A stretch of 29,821 bases of DNA. Source: a virus. The stretch's first letter is position 1, and the number at the start of each line of letters is the position of its first letter. Shown here piece after piece: positions 22,249 to 29,821 of the stretch. The notes below the pieces were generated by a model. The model was not told the origin of the DNA. It searched no databases and saw nothing but the letters and a program-made list of their open reading frames with translations. The position numbers were made by a program, and so were the translations under genes. The stretch lies in the IMG/VR virus record IMGVR_UViG_3300017748_000071; one strand, given 5' to 3'.

Positions 22249-22611
22249 ATGAAGGTATTAGCCGCACTCAATAAGTGGCAACGGCGCGAGTTCAATTATG
22301 GCGATGCTGATTGCTGCCAGTTTGCAGCTTTTATTGTTAAAGACCTAACTGGGCAGGATTACGCTGCCGATTTTCAATATAATAGCGAGCAAGAAGCCGA
22401 CAACATCGTAAACGGTGATCTTAAAGGCTTGATCGTGTCGATTCTGGGTGATGAGTCAGACCAACTTAAAGATGGCGACCCCTGCTTGATTGAGGTTCCT
22501 ATCGTTGGTCAGCTAATGGGCGTAAAGCTGGGTGATAAGATTGTCGCCCTAACGCAAAAAGGGCTAATCAGAATCAGTAATCGTTATTTAGTCTGCGGTT
22601 GGAGCGTATAG
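22249..22611 (+). CDS. Small tail-tip protein in the gpK / GTA g14 position, with an NlpC/P60-like N-terminal DCC motif but no histidine
   Basis: FNYGDADCCQFAAFIV resembles the catalytic-Cys region of NlpC/P60 tail proteins. The 120-aa sequence contains no His (checked by eye). Confidence 0.5.
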   Translation: MKVLAALNKWQRREFNYGDADCCQFAAFIVKDLTGQDYAADFQYNSEQEADNIVNGDLKGLIVSILGDESDQLKDGDPCLIEVPIVGQLMGVKLGDKIVALTQKGLIRISNRYLVCGWSV

Positions 22612-22614
22612 TAA

Positions 22615-25600
22615 ATGCCTCAAGTTATCCCTGCATTAATTGCCATCGGTGATTTTATAACTGTAGCTGTAGCTGGCTATACAGCCGGAGCCGCTACCGC
22701 CGCCACTATTGGTGCAATCGCCGCAACTGCCGCCGTTATTGGTGGGGCAAGATTGACAACGTCACTGATGATGCCTGATCTTACAAGTTCGATTGGGGAT
22801 AACTCTTCGGTCAGGCAATCCACGGTTAGAAGCACCACAGAACCACAGAAGTTAATTTATGGTCAGGCTTTAGTATCTGGGCCGATTACGTTTGTAGGTA
22901 CGGCTGGCGATAAGAACCGTGACCTATATCATCAGGTTGCACTTGCAGGGCATGAATGCGAGTCAATCGGGGACATTTTCTTTGATGATCAACGAATTGC
23001 AAGCTCAGTCATTAGCGGTGGCAATGCGGCGGGTGGTAATGTCACAGGCGGCGACTTTGGCCCTATCAACAGCACCACTATCTGTAAGATCAACAAGCAT
23101 CTAGGGACATCGACCCAAGCAGCAGATGCAGACCTAGTAGCAGCGTTTAGTGAATACACTAGCGCCCACCAAGGTAAGGGCATTGCCAATATCGTAACCA
23201 AGTGGATTCTCAACGATGAGTCCCAATCCGTATGGGATCAGAAACGCCCACAAAACATAAAAGCCCTAGTTAAAGGCAAGAAAGACATCTATGACCCGCG
23301 TCTGGATACATCTGTGGGGGCCAATCCTACGAATTCGAGTTATCAGGCATGGACGGACAATCCTGCGCTGTGCATAGCTGATTACTTGATAAGTACAACC
23401 TTCGGGCTGGGTGTTGCTGCGGCTAAGATTGATTGGAATGCGATAGTTACTGCGGCGAATGCCTGTGATGCAACCGTATCAATCCCCGGCTCTACCACTG
23501 AAAAACGTTTCACGTGTAACGGTGTAATTTTCGGCACCGATCAGCACCGCCAGAACATCGACAAGCTATTGAGCAGCATGAATGGCAACCTGACTTATAC
23601 ATCGGGTAAATACACGGTCAGAGCGGGTGTATACGAGGCTCCTAGCGAGTCTTTAGATGAGGATGATCTATCAGGCCCAGTAATGGTTAAAACGTCTGTA
23701 GAGCGTTCTCAGCGGTTTAACAAGGTCACAGGGATGTATATAGCGCCGACTGATAACCACAAGTCGGTAGAGTTTCCACCAGTACAACTGACTGCGGCCT
23801 TACAGCGTGACAATAACGAAACGCTAGTCCGCAATATTGCATTACCGATGACCAATACCAGCTATATGGCGCAGCGTATTGCGAACAAGTTGGTGCAGCT
23901 AAGTGACCAGCAGAAGGTCATAACGTTCCCAGCCAATCTGTCTGGATTGCGGGTAGCCGTGGGTGATCGTGTAAGCATTACCCTTAGCGATTTGGGATAT
24001 TCCAACAAAGTATTCCGCTGCGTTGGTTGGTCGTTCTCGGAGTCTAATGCTAATGGCGTTAATCTAACTCTGATCGAGGATGATTCTGCAAGCTATGCTG
24101 ATCCTGCTGTTTCTGCATACTCAACAGTCAGCGCGACTGGTGTAATCACGGCAGGGTTTCCGGGCGTACCCGATCCCAGTAACTTAACCGCTACGGCTGG
24201 CTTAAAGAACATTGAATTAAATTGGACTACCCCCACCGAGACCAGCCTGTTTACGGAAATTGCGATTTATTCATCGCCAAACTCTAGTTGGGCAAGTCGC
24301 ATTCTGATCGGTCGCGTTCGCGGCACTCAGTTTATACACGATGCGTCAAACGCCGCTGACTCCATTACCGCTGGCGACCAACGATACTACTGGGTTCAAG
24401 CATTAGCTTACGGGACTGGCGCTGGTTTCGGCGTTGTTTCAGACAGAAACCCAGACAACGACACTAGCACGATTAGCGCCACGGCTGGGGTCAATGATCC
24501 CAATTATACGGATGTCGTTAACAACGTCCCCGCGCAGGAAGCGCCGTCTGGTCTAACACTGACCGAAACCACTGTATTGGGTAATGACGGTTCGGTTTTG
24601 CCAGCGATTCGGGTGTCATGGACTGCGCCCACTGCAAATACTTATGTCAGCCACTACGACGTTGAATTTAAGAGAACGTCACAAGGCGAAATTGACTACG
24701 GGCAAGTCACCGACTCGTACACGGCCACTATTGACTACGGTTCTGTTGCTACGGCTACCACTGTTGAGTTGAATTACGGCGGCGTTAACGAGGCCATCAG
24801 CGGCGCGGGTACAGCATTCTCATCAGTCAACGTTCATGGCGTTTCGACTGTCATCTCAGGGATGCAAGAGCTAGAAGAATTTACCGTCCGAGTAAAAGCG
24901 GTCACAGTTGTAGGCACAACGTCAGGAACCATAACCGGCGCGATCACCTTGCAGGGCGATCAGACTGCGCCGGGTATACCGGGATCAATTACCGCTACTG
25001 GCGGCATTCAGCAAATTAAGCTGAACTGGGACAATCCAAGCGATTCAGATTTAGCGTATGTCGAGATATACGAAAACGACACCGACAACCGTGCCACATC
25101 TTCGCTGATTGTTCAGACCAGAGCAGACCAGCATACGGTTTCGGGATTAGGTAACTCGGTTACTAAATACTACTGGCTAAGAAGCGCAGACCGATCCGGT
25201 AACGTTTCTGGGTTCAGCGCATCTGTAAACGCGACCACGCAAAAGGTCGCAATGAATGATTTGGCGCAAGACGTTCTTGATGAGTTTGCTGCCGGTGATG
25301 CCTTTGGTATTGAGCCGGTCAGCACCCTATCCGGCGTCACAGGCTCGCATGTTGGTCAGATTAAACTATTAACTACGACCGACACGTTGCACGTTTGGAC
25401 TGGTTCGGCGTGGTCAACTGACTTATTCACTGCATCGAACGTAGACCCCGGTTCGATTACTGCGGCATCGTTTGCTAGTGGTGTAGAGCCAATATCAGCT
25501 GTCAGCAGCTTGCCGTCGCCTACGGGATACACTGGGCCGAATATCGTATTCCTGACCACTGACAAGAAACTGTACAGGCATGACAGCTCGGTTCCTGAGT

Positions 25601-27228
25601 TTACTACTCTGATCAACGCCAGTGATTTGACTGGCACGTTTGATAGCGACCAGTTCCCTAACAGTCTGCGACCCGTTGAGGTTTTGGGGGCGTTACCGAC
25701 TACCGGCAACACTCAAGGCCGGACGGTACTTCTTACAACTGACAACAAGCTTTACAGGTACACCGGCACATCATTTACAACGGCAATATCTGCGGCTGAT
25801 CTCAGCGACCAGCTAAATGTCGCCACGCAGGTGGTCGGTGAATTGCCTGTATCGAACGCGAATGCAGGTCTCAGAAATAGTGGTATCACTATCAACGCAG
25901 ACGGGTCACTGAGCGGGGCCGGTGCAGGTAATGTAACCCTTTCTGGCATAGGGGCTGGCGCACTAGCAGCGCAGAATACGGTAAACCTAGCAACTCAAGT
26001 TGCCGGTGAACTATCAGCAGCTTACGCAGCGGCAGGTCTAAAGAATTCCAACGTCACGATAAACGCGGATGGTACGTTAGGCGGCGCTGGTTCTGGGCAG
26101 GTTTCTCTAAGCGGTATCGGGGCGGGTGCGCTTGCATCGCTCAACAACATCACCGAAACAGAGATAACCGACGGGTCGATCACTACACCTAAGATCGCAG
26201 CGGGCCAGATTACAGCGGCCAAATTAAACGCCTCAGAGGTCTTTGCTGACTCGGTAGTGGCGTCCAACATCGCAGCTAATTCGGTCACAGCGGCTAATAT
26301 CAAGTCTGTACTGGTGTCTACTGATAAGTTGGTTGCGGATCAGATTGCAGCGAACACGATCACATCGGATTTGATCGCAAGCCGGACTATTTTGGCCGGT
26401 AACATCGTTGCTGACACTTTGACCGGCAATGAGATTTCGGCGAATTCGGTAAATGCTGACCGCCTAGTTGCGAACAGTATCACCGCAGGAAAGATTGCAG
26501 CTGGAACCATAACTGCAACTGAGATATCAACCGGCACTTTGACCGCAAACAAGCTCAACGTTTCTGAGATTTTCGGAGATACGGCGGTAATTGGCGCGAT
26601 TCAAGCATCATCGATCACAACGGCGGCGGTTGTTGCTGCTATTGGTACGTTTGAATTCATCCAGTCGGATAACATCCAGTCGAATGCGATCACGGCGGGC
26701 AAGCTGGCCACATCTAATGTTGTAACGTCCAGCGCACAAATATCTGACGGTATTATTACTAACGCCAAGATCGGCAACACGATCCAATCGTCAAACTACT
26801 CAGCGGGTTCTGCTGGCTGGATTATTAACAAGAATGGTGACGCTGAATTCAACGGCGTTGTTCTAAGCCGGAATCTTATTGTTGCGAACGGTACTTATTA
26901 TCCAAGCGACCAAACGACCACATTTTCAGGCGATATAAATACGCTGGCGACGTTCTTTATTGAGGGCGTGTATACCGGCGGCTTTACCGCATGGGGCGGG
27001 TCAAACTCTACCCTACTTTGTAACGTCGAGATGGGCGGCAGCTTCTACACCAACGTTGGCTATCAAACCACCTCGATGCTGGGGCCGGTCGCTACCATTT
27101 TACCTTTGACCAAGTTTCAAGGCACGCAAGGCTTTACGCTAAAGATTGAGATGGTCGGTAGGCACGTTGCTGGCTGGGGTGCGCCGAGTGATTTAACGCT
27201 AAGCTGGAAAATCTACAAGGTAACGTAA
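22615..27228 (+). CDS. Host-specificity / central tail fibre protein (lambda gpJ-like), 1537 aa, with FN3-like domains and C-terminal repeats
   Basis: Size and position; DNPALCIADYL-type block. Three FN3-like units (NIELNWTTP, IRVSWTAPT, IKLNWDNPSD...YYWLRSADRSGN) at about 24170..25240, followed by repeat-rich fibre sequence. Confidence 0.85.
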   Translation: MPQVIPALIAIGDFITVAVAGYTAGAATAATIGAIAATAAVIGGARLTTSLMMPDLTSSIGDNSSVRQSTVRSTTEPQKLIYGQALVSGPITFVGTAGDKNRDLYHQVALAGHECESIGDIFFDDQRIASSVISGGNAAGGNVTGGDFGPINSTTICKINKHLGTSTQAADADLVAAFSEYTSAHQGKGIANIVTKWILNDESQSVWDQKRPQNIKALVKGKKDIYDPRLDTSVGANPTNSSYQAWTDNPALCIADYLISTTFGLGVAAAKIDWNAIVTAANACDATVSIPGSTTEKRFTCNGVIFGTDQHRQNIDKLLSSMNGNLTYTSGKYTVRAGVYEAPSESLDEDDLSGPVMVKTSVERSQRFNKVTGMYIAPTDNHKSVEFPPVQLTAALQRDNNETLVRNIALPMTNTSYMAQRIANKLVQLSDQQKVITFPANLSGLRVAVGDRVSITLSDLGYSNKVFRCVGWSFSESNANGVNLTLIEDDSASYADPAVSAYSTVSATGVITAGFPGVPDPSNLTATAGLKNIELNWTTPTETSLFTEIAIYSSPNSSWASRILIGRVRGTQFIHDASNAADSITAGDQRYYWVQALAYGTGAGFGVVSDRNPDNDTSTISATAGVNDPNYTDVVNNVPAQEAPSGLTLTETTVLGNDGSVLPAIRVSWTAPTANTYVSHYDVEFKRTSQGEIDYGQVTDSYTATIDYGSVATATTVELNYGGVNEAISGAGTAFSSVNVHGVSTVISGMQELEEFTVRVKAVTVVGTTSGTITGAITLQGDQTAPGIPGSITATGGIQQIKLNWDNPSDSDLAYVEIYENDTDNRATSSLIVQTRADQHTVSGLGNSVTKYYWLRSADRSGNVSGFSASVNATTQKVAMNDLAQDVLDEFAAGDAFGIEPVSTLSGVTGSHVGQIKLLTTTDTLHVWTGSAWSTDLFTASNVDPGSITAASFASGVEPISAVSSLPSPTGYTGPNIVFLTTDKKLYRHDSSVPEFTTLINASDLTGTFDSDQFPNSLRPVEVLGALPTTGNTQGRTVLLTTDNKLYRYTGTSFTTAISAADLSDQLNVATQVVGELPVSNANAGLRNSGITINADGSLSGAGAGNVTLSGIGAGALAAQNTVNLATQVAGELSAAYAAAGLKNSNVTINADGTLGGAGSGQVSLSGIGAGALASLNNITETEITDGSITTPKIAAGQITAAKLNASEVFADSVVASNIAANSVTAANIKSVLVSTDKLVADQIAANTITSDLIASRTILAGNIVADTLTGNEISANSVNADRLVANSITAGKIAAGTITATEISTGTLTANKLNVSEIFGDTAVIGAIQASSITTAAVVAAIGTFEFIQSDNIQSNAITAGKLATSNVVTSSAQISDGIITNAKIGNTIQSSNYSAGSAGWIINKNGDAEFNGVVLSRNLIVANGTYYPSDQTTTFSGDINTLATFFIEGVYTGGFTAWGGSNSTLLCNVEMGGSFYTNVGYQTTSMLGPVATILPLTKFQGTQGFTLKIEMVGRHVAGWGAPSDLTLSWKIYKVT
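25816..26151 (+). repeat. In-frame tandem duplication, 2 x 168 nt (2 x 56 aa), inside the J-like gene
   Basis: NVATQVVGELPVSNANAGLRNSGITINADGSLSGAGAGNVTLSGIGAGALAAQNTV versus NLATQVAGELSAAYAAAGLKNSNVTINADGTLGGAGSGQVSLSGIGAGALASLNNI; 37 of 56 identical in my hand alignment. Confidence 0.85.
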
Positions 27229-27383
27229 TGACGTTAATTGATGGTTATGAAAACGAGTCGGGTATTTTTCTGCACTACACGATGGTTGATGGTGAACGTG
27301 CAATAATAGACATTAAATTCTACCCGCCCGATGATCCTGAATTCGCATGGGCATTAGAACAACTGAGAAACTTAGAGGGCTGA
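27228..27383 (+). CDS. Small hypothetical ORF (51 aa) between the J-like gene and the tail fibre gene, below the track cutoff
   Basis: Hand translation MTLIDGYENESGIFLHYTMVDGERAIIDIKFYPPDDPEFAWALEQLRNLEG; TAATG overlap with the J-like stop; it ends 1 nt before the fibre ATG. Confidence 0.45.
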   Translation: MTLIDGYENESGIFLHYTMVDGERAIIDIKFYPPDDPEFAWALEQLRNLEG

Positions 27384-27384
27384 G

Positions 27385-29475
27385 ATGGCAACACAACTAC
27401 AAATCAGACGAGGCACCAGCACTCAGGTTGCCGCGTTTACCGGGGCTGAAGGTGAAATCGTTGTAAACACCACCAACGATTCGGTACACGTAAATGATGG
27501 TTCAACTGCTGGCGGCTTTGAGTTGGCCCGCGCTGACTTCAACAACATCTCGGCCAGCGCGACCCTAACCATCGGGACGCTGAATACCACGAACCTTGAC
27601 TTAACAAATCTCGAAGTCACGAACATAAAAGCCAAAGATGGCACCGCTGCGGGGTCGATTGCTGACTCAACCGGCGTAGTGACTTTAATTAGCTCATTAC
27701 TGACAACTGCTGACATCACCACGCTGAAGATTGGCGGCACCACAGTAACCAGCACCGCCGCTGAGTTAAACATCTTAGACGGCGTTACCTCTACCGCTGC
27801 CGAGCTAAACATCCTAGATGGGGTGACGGCTACCACTGCTGAACTTAACCATGTGGACGGCGTAACTTCTGCCATACAGACTCAGATAGACGCTAAGGCA
27901 CCTATTGCTAACCCGACGTTCACCGGCAGCGTGACTACCGGCGGCGCAGTAACAATCGACTTAGCAGACGGTGTTGCAGACGATGCTTATGCTTTAACTG
28001 TTCGGAACAATGAAGCAACTGACGGTAGAAACTACGGGTTGTGGGTTCGCGCTGGTAGCAACTCAAGCGATGAGTCCTTCAGCGTTAGAAACCATGACAA
28101 CTCAGCGACCTATTTCAAGGTTCGCGGCGATGGCAACGTGGGCATCGGAGAGTCAAACCCGTTAGACAGCCTATCCATTTCTTCATCAGCCGGAAATGCT
28201 GCTATTAGGTTAAAGCGCACAGATACCACGATTGCAAATGATGACATCTACGGAGCGATTAATTTTGCAGGCGATGACAGCGATACGAATGCCAGCGGTA
28301 TAAGAGGTTTCATCAGAGGACGGGCGCAGGGTACTGGCGGCGGCATGAAGATGGAGTTTCATACAGCCGGTGGTGGGGCTGCTCTAGCTTCAGACCCCAG
28401 AATGACGCTGAACGCAGACGGAAATTTAGGCATCGGCGTAACGCCAGCAGCAAACTTCGATGTGATGGCATCGGGTGCAAACCAGTGGTACATCCGAAAC
28501 TCAGATGGCTCTGCGCAAAACAATGCAATTGTGTCACTGCGGACAGGCGGGTATTCAAATATCGCCTTAGATGGCGCGACGGTTGATTTGAAAATTGCTG
28601 GTTCGTCAAAGTTACATGTGGACAGCAGCGGCGACCTTATACTTGCTGCCAATGCAACAGGTGCGGCATTAATCAAAGGCGTTTCAGGAGACCAAACAGA
28701 TAGAAATGCTGGGGGTTATCCGCAATACACTTTTGTTGGTAATGAAGGCACAGGCATAAGAAGACCGTCTGCAAATGTTTTAGCGTTTGATACGGGTGGA
28801 GCAGAAGCCGCGCGATTTGACTCATCGCAAAATTTTCTTGTGGGGAAAAGCGCAACAACACAATCAACCGCTGGAACAGTGCTCTACAACAACGGGCAGA
28901 TTTATGCGACTGCAAATGGGGCGCAAGTACAGGTTTTAACTAGAACGTCAACTGATGGGAAAATTCAAATTTTCTATAAGGATTCTGCGGAAGTTGGCTT
29001 TATCGGAAGTGACGCAGCTACAGGCATATCTTTTACCAATATGTTCTCTGTCAATTCTGGCGTAGGGACATTTCTGCATCAAGTTGCTTCGGGGGCAGGA
29101 AACTCCGATCTCCGCTACACGACAAGTACTGGATTTGTCACATTTGATACGTCAAGCAGACTTGTTAAAGAAGACATAGAGGAGATCCCTTACGGGCTAG
29201 AAGCTATCAAAAAACTTTCTCCGAAAAGATATACAAGAACAGACGGAGAAAAAGAGGTTGAGCTTGGCTTGATCGCGGATGAGGTCGTAGAGGTAATCCC
29301 CGAAGTCGTTGGAATCATGTCTAAATCAGTTTTCACCAAAGATGAATCCGATACTGAACAGGTGGCTGGTTCTGTTCGATATAGCAAGCTCACAGCCGTT
29401 TTGGTGAAAGCAATTCAAGAACAACAAACCCTTATTGAATCATTAACAGACCGCATAACGGCATTGGAGCAATAA
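27385..29475 (+). CDS. Tail fibre with a C-terminal intramolecular chaperone (peptidase S74-type) domain
   Basis: N-terminus LQIRRGTSTQVAAFTGAEGEIVVNTTNDSVHVNDGSTAGG is a common tail-fibre N-terminal motif. C-terminus DTSSRLVKEDIEEIPYGLEAIKKLSPKRYTR...ELGLIADEVVEVIPEVV...LTAVLVKAIQEQQ matches S74 chaperone domains. Confidence 0.85.
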   Translation: MATQLQIRRGTSTQVAAFTGAEGEIVVNTTNDSVHVNDGSTAGGFELARADFNNISASATLTIGTLNTTNLDLTNLEVTNIKAKDGTAAGSIADSTGVVTLISSLLTTADITTLKIGGTTVTSTAAELNILDGVTSTAAELNILDGVTATTAELNHVDGVTSAIQTQIDAKAPIANPTFTGSVTTGGAVTIDLADGVADDAYALTVRNNEATDGRNYGLWVRAGSNSSDESFSVRNHDNSATYFKVRGDGNVGIGESNPLDSLSISSSAGNAAIRLKRTDTTIANDDIYGAINFAGDDSDTNASGIRGFIRGRAQGTGGGMKMEFHTAGGGAALASDPRMTLNADGNLGIGVTPAANFDVMASGANQWYIRNSDGSAQNNAIVSLRTGGYSNIALDGATVDLKIAGSSKLHVDSSGDLILAANATGAALIKGVSGDQTDRNAGGYPQYTFVGNEGTGIRRPSANVLAFDTGGAEAARFDSSQNFLVGKSATTQSTAGTVLYNNGQIYATANGAQVQVLTRTSTDGKIQIFYKDSAEVGFIGSDAATGISFTNMFSVNSGVGTFLHQVASGAGNSDLRYTTSTGFVTFDTSSRLVKEDIEEIPYGLEAIKKLSPKRYTRTDGEKEVELGLIADEVVEVIPEVVGIMSKSVFTKDESDTEQVAGSVRYSKLTAVLVKAIQEQQTLIESLTDRITALEQ
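27745..27861 (+). repeat. 3 x 39-nt in-frame tandem repeat (VTSTAAELNILDG x2, VTATTAELNHVDG) in the tail fibre gene
   Basis: Codons read by hand. Units 1 and 2 encode identical peptides, yet 8 of 13 codons differ synonymously. Confidence 0.9.
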
Positions 29476-29476
29476 A

Positions 29477-29806
29477 ATGGCAGCAACATGGACAGTATCC
29501 ACAATGGAACGAACCCTAACCGACGGCGACCTAAGCGACGTTGTAACTGTGCTCCACTGGCAATGTATCGACAGTGAGACAGTGGATGACGTAACGCACT
29601 CAGGCCGATGCTACGGCACTGTGGGGCTAGAAGCACCAGATGCGGACAGCTTTACTGCTTACGCAGACATTTCTCACGATGATGCTGTAGAATGGGCGAA
29701 ATCTGCTCTCGGCGAAGAAGCGGTATCTCAGTATGAGGATAGCGTTGCTAGCCAGATAGAATTATCCAAGAATCCAGTTCAAGCGAGTGGTACACCGTGG
29801 AATTAG
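29477..29806 (+). CDS. Hypothetical acidic protein (109 aa) spanning the repeat/junction
   Basis: ORF track; ATG 1 nt after the tail fibre stop; its last 108 nt lie in the terminal repeat. Confidence 0.6.
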   Translation: MAATWTVSTMERTLTDGDLSDVVTVLHWQCIDSETVDDVTHSGRCYGTVGLEAPDADSFTAYADISHDDAVEWAKSALGEEAVSQYEDSVASQIELSKNPVQASGTPWN

Positions 29807-29821
29807 TCGAAATCATTGCCC
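29699..29821. repeat. Right copy of exact 123-bp terminal direct repeat (identical to 1..123)
   Basis: Same string as 1..123; the window ends inside otherwise continuous sequence. Confidence 0.95.

Noticed and set aside
25356-26558. Several minus-strand ORFs (65-118 aa) inside the J-like gene, with similar ones at 27423..28915 inside the tail fibre gene
   Set aside because: They coincide with repeat-rich Ala/Thr/Gly sense sequence, which suppresses stop codons on the antisense strand. There is no independent coding evidence.
27385-27520. Diversity-generating retroelement idea, prompted by the Mtd-like/fibre N-terminal motif LQIRRGT...
   Set aside because: The genome has no reverse transcriptase ORF and no template/variable repeat pair with A-specific mismatches. 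The N-terminal motif is common to many fibres.
1-29821. Interpretation as an integrated prophage or a chromosomal island
   Set aside because: The two window ends are the same sequence and no bacterial housekeeping genes, att-like flanks or integrase are present. The window is a free, complete phage genome.

Overview
The window is one complete tailed dsDNA phage genome. Bases 1..123 recur exactly at 29699..29821, so the unit is 29,698 bp plus an overlap, meaning a circularly closed contig or terminal redundancy. On the circular map there are four transcription blocks. (a) An early-left minus operon (3541 to 1612) encodes a Rad52-type annealing protein, a small protein ending in the bacterial SSB tip motif, and a tail-anchored putative DNA-binding protein. 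(b) An early-right plus block (3660 to about 9081) has a Cro/YdaS-like HTH, a 438-nt non-coding region, an SF2 helicase, a NinG/Rap-like nuclease and a metallophosphoesterase. (c) A short minus cassette (9820 to 9040) contains a small HTH protein. (d) One long plus block (9951 through the junction to 1594) carries lysis genes (DUF5675-like protein, GTA-type 3TM holin), TerS/TerL, portal, Mu-F-like head protein, scaffold, major capsid, neck proteins, tail tube, G/GT chaperone with an A_AAA_AAC slippery site, tape measure, three tail-tip proteins, a 1537-aa J-like host-specificity protein, a tail fibre with an S74-type C-terminal chaperone, and a run of small membrane or unknown proteins. I recognised no integrase, CI-type repressor, DNA polymerase, primase, tRNA, rRNA, CRISPR array or transposase. 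All functional calls come from motif recognition by eye with no database search; gene boundaries come from the ORF track plus hand checks of starts and overlaps. The points most worth follow-up are the SSB-tip mini-protein, a conserved AAAATAAAGGTTTA-type motif in all three control regions, the long non-coding region after the cro-like gene, the non-canonical lysis cassette, and the unexplained minus-strand cassette.
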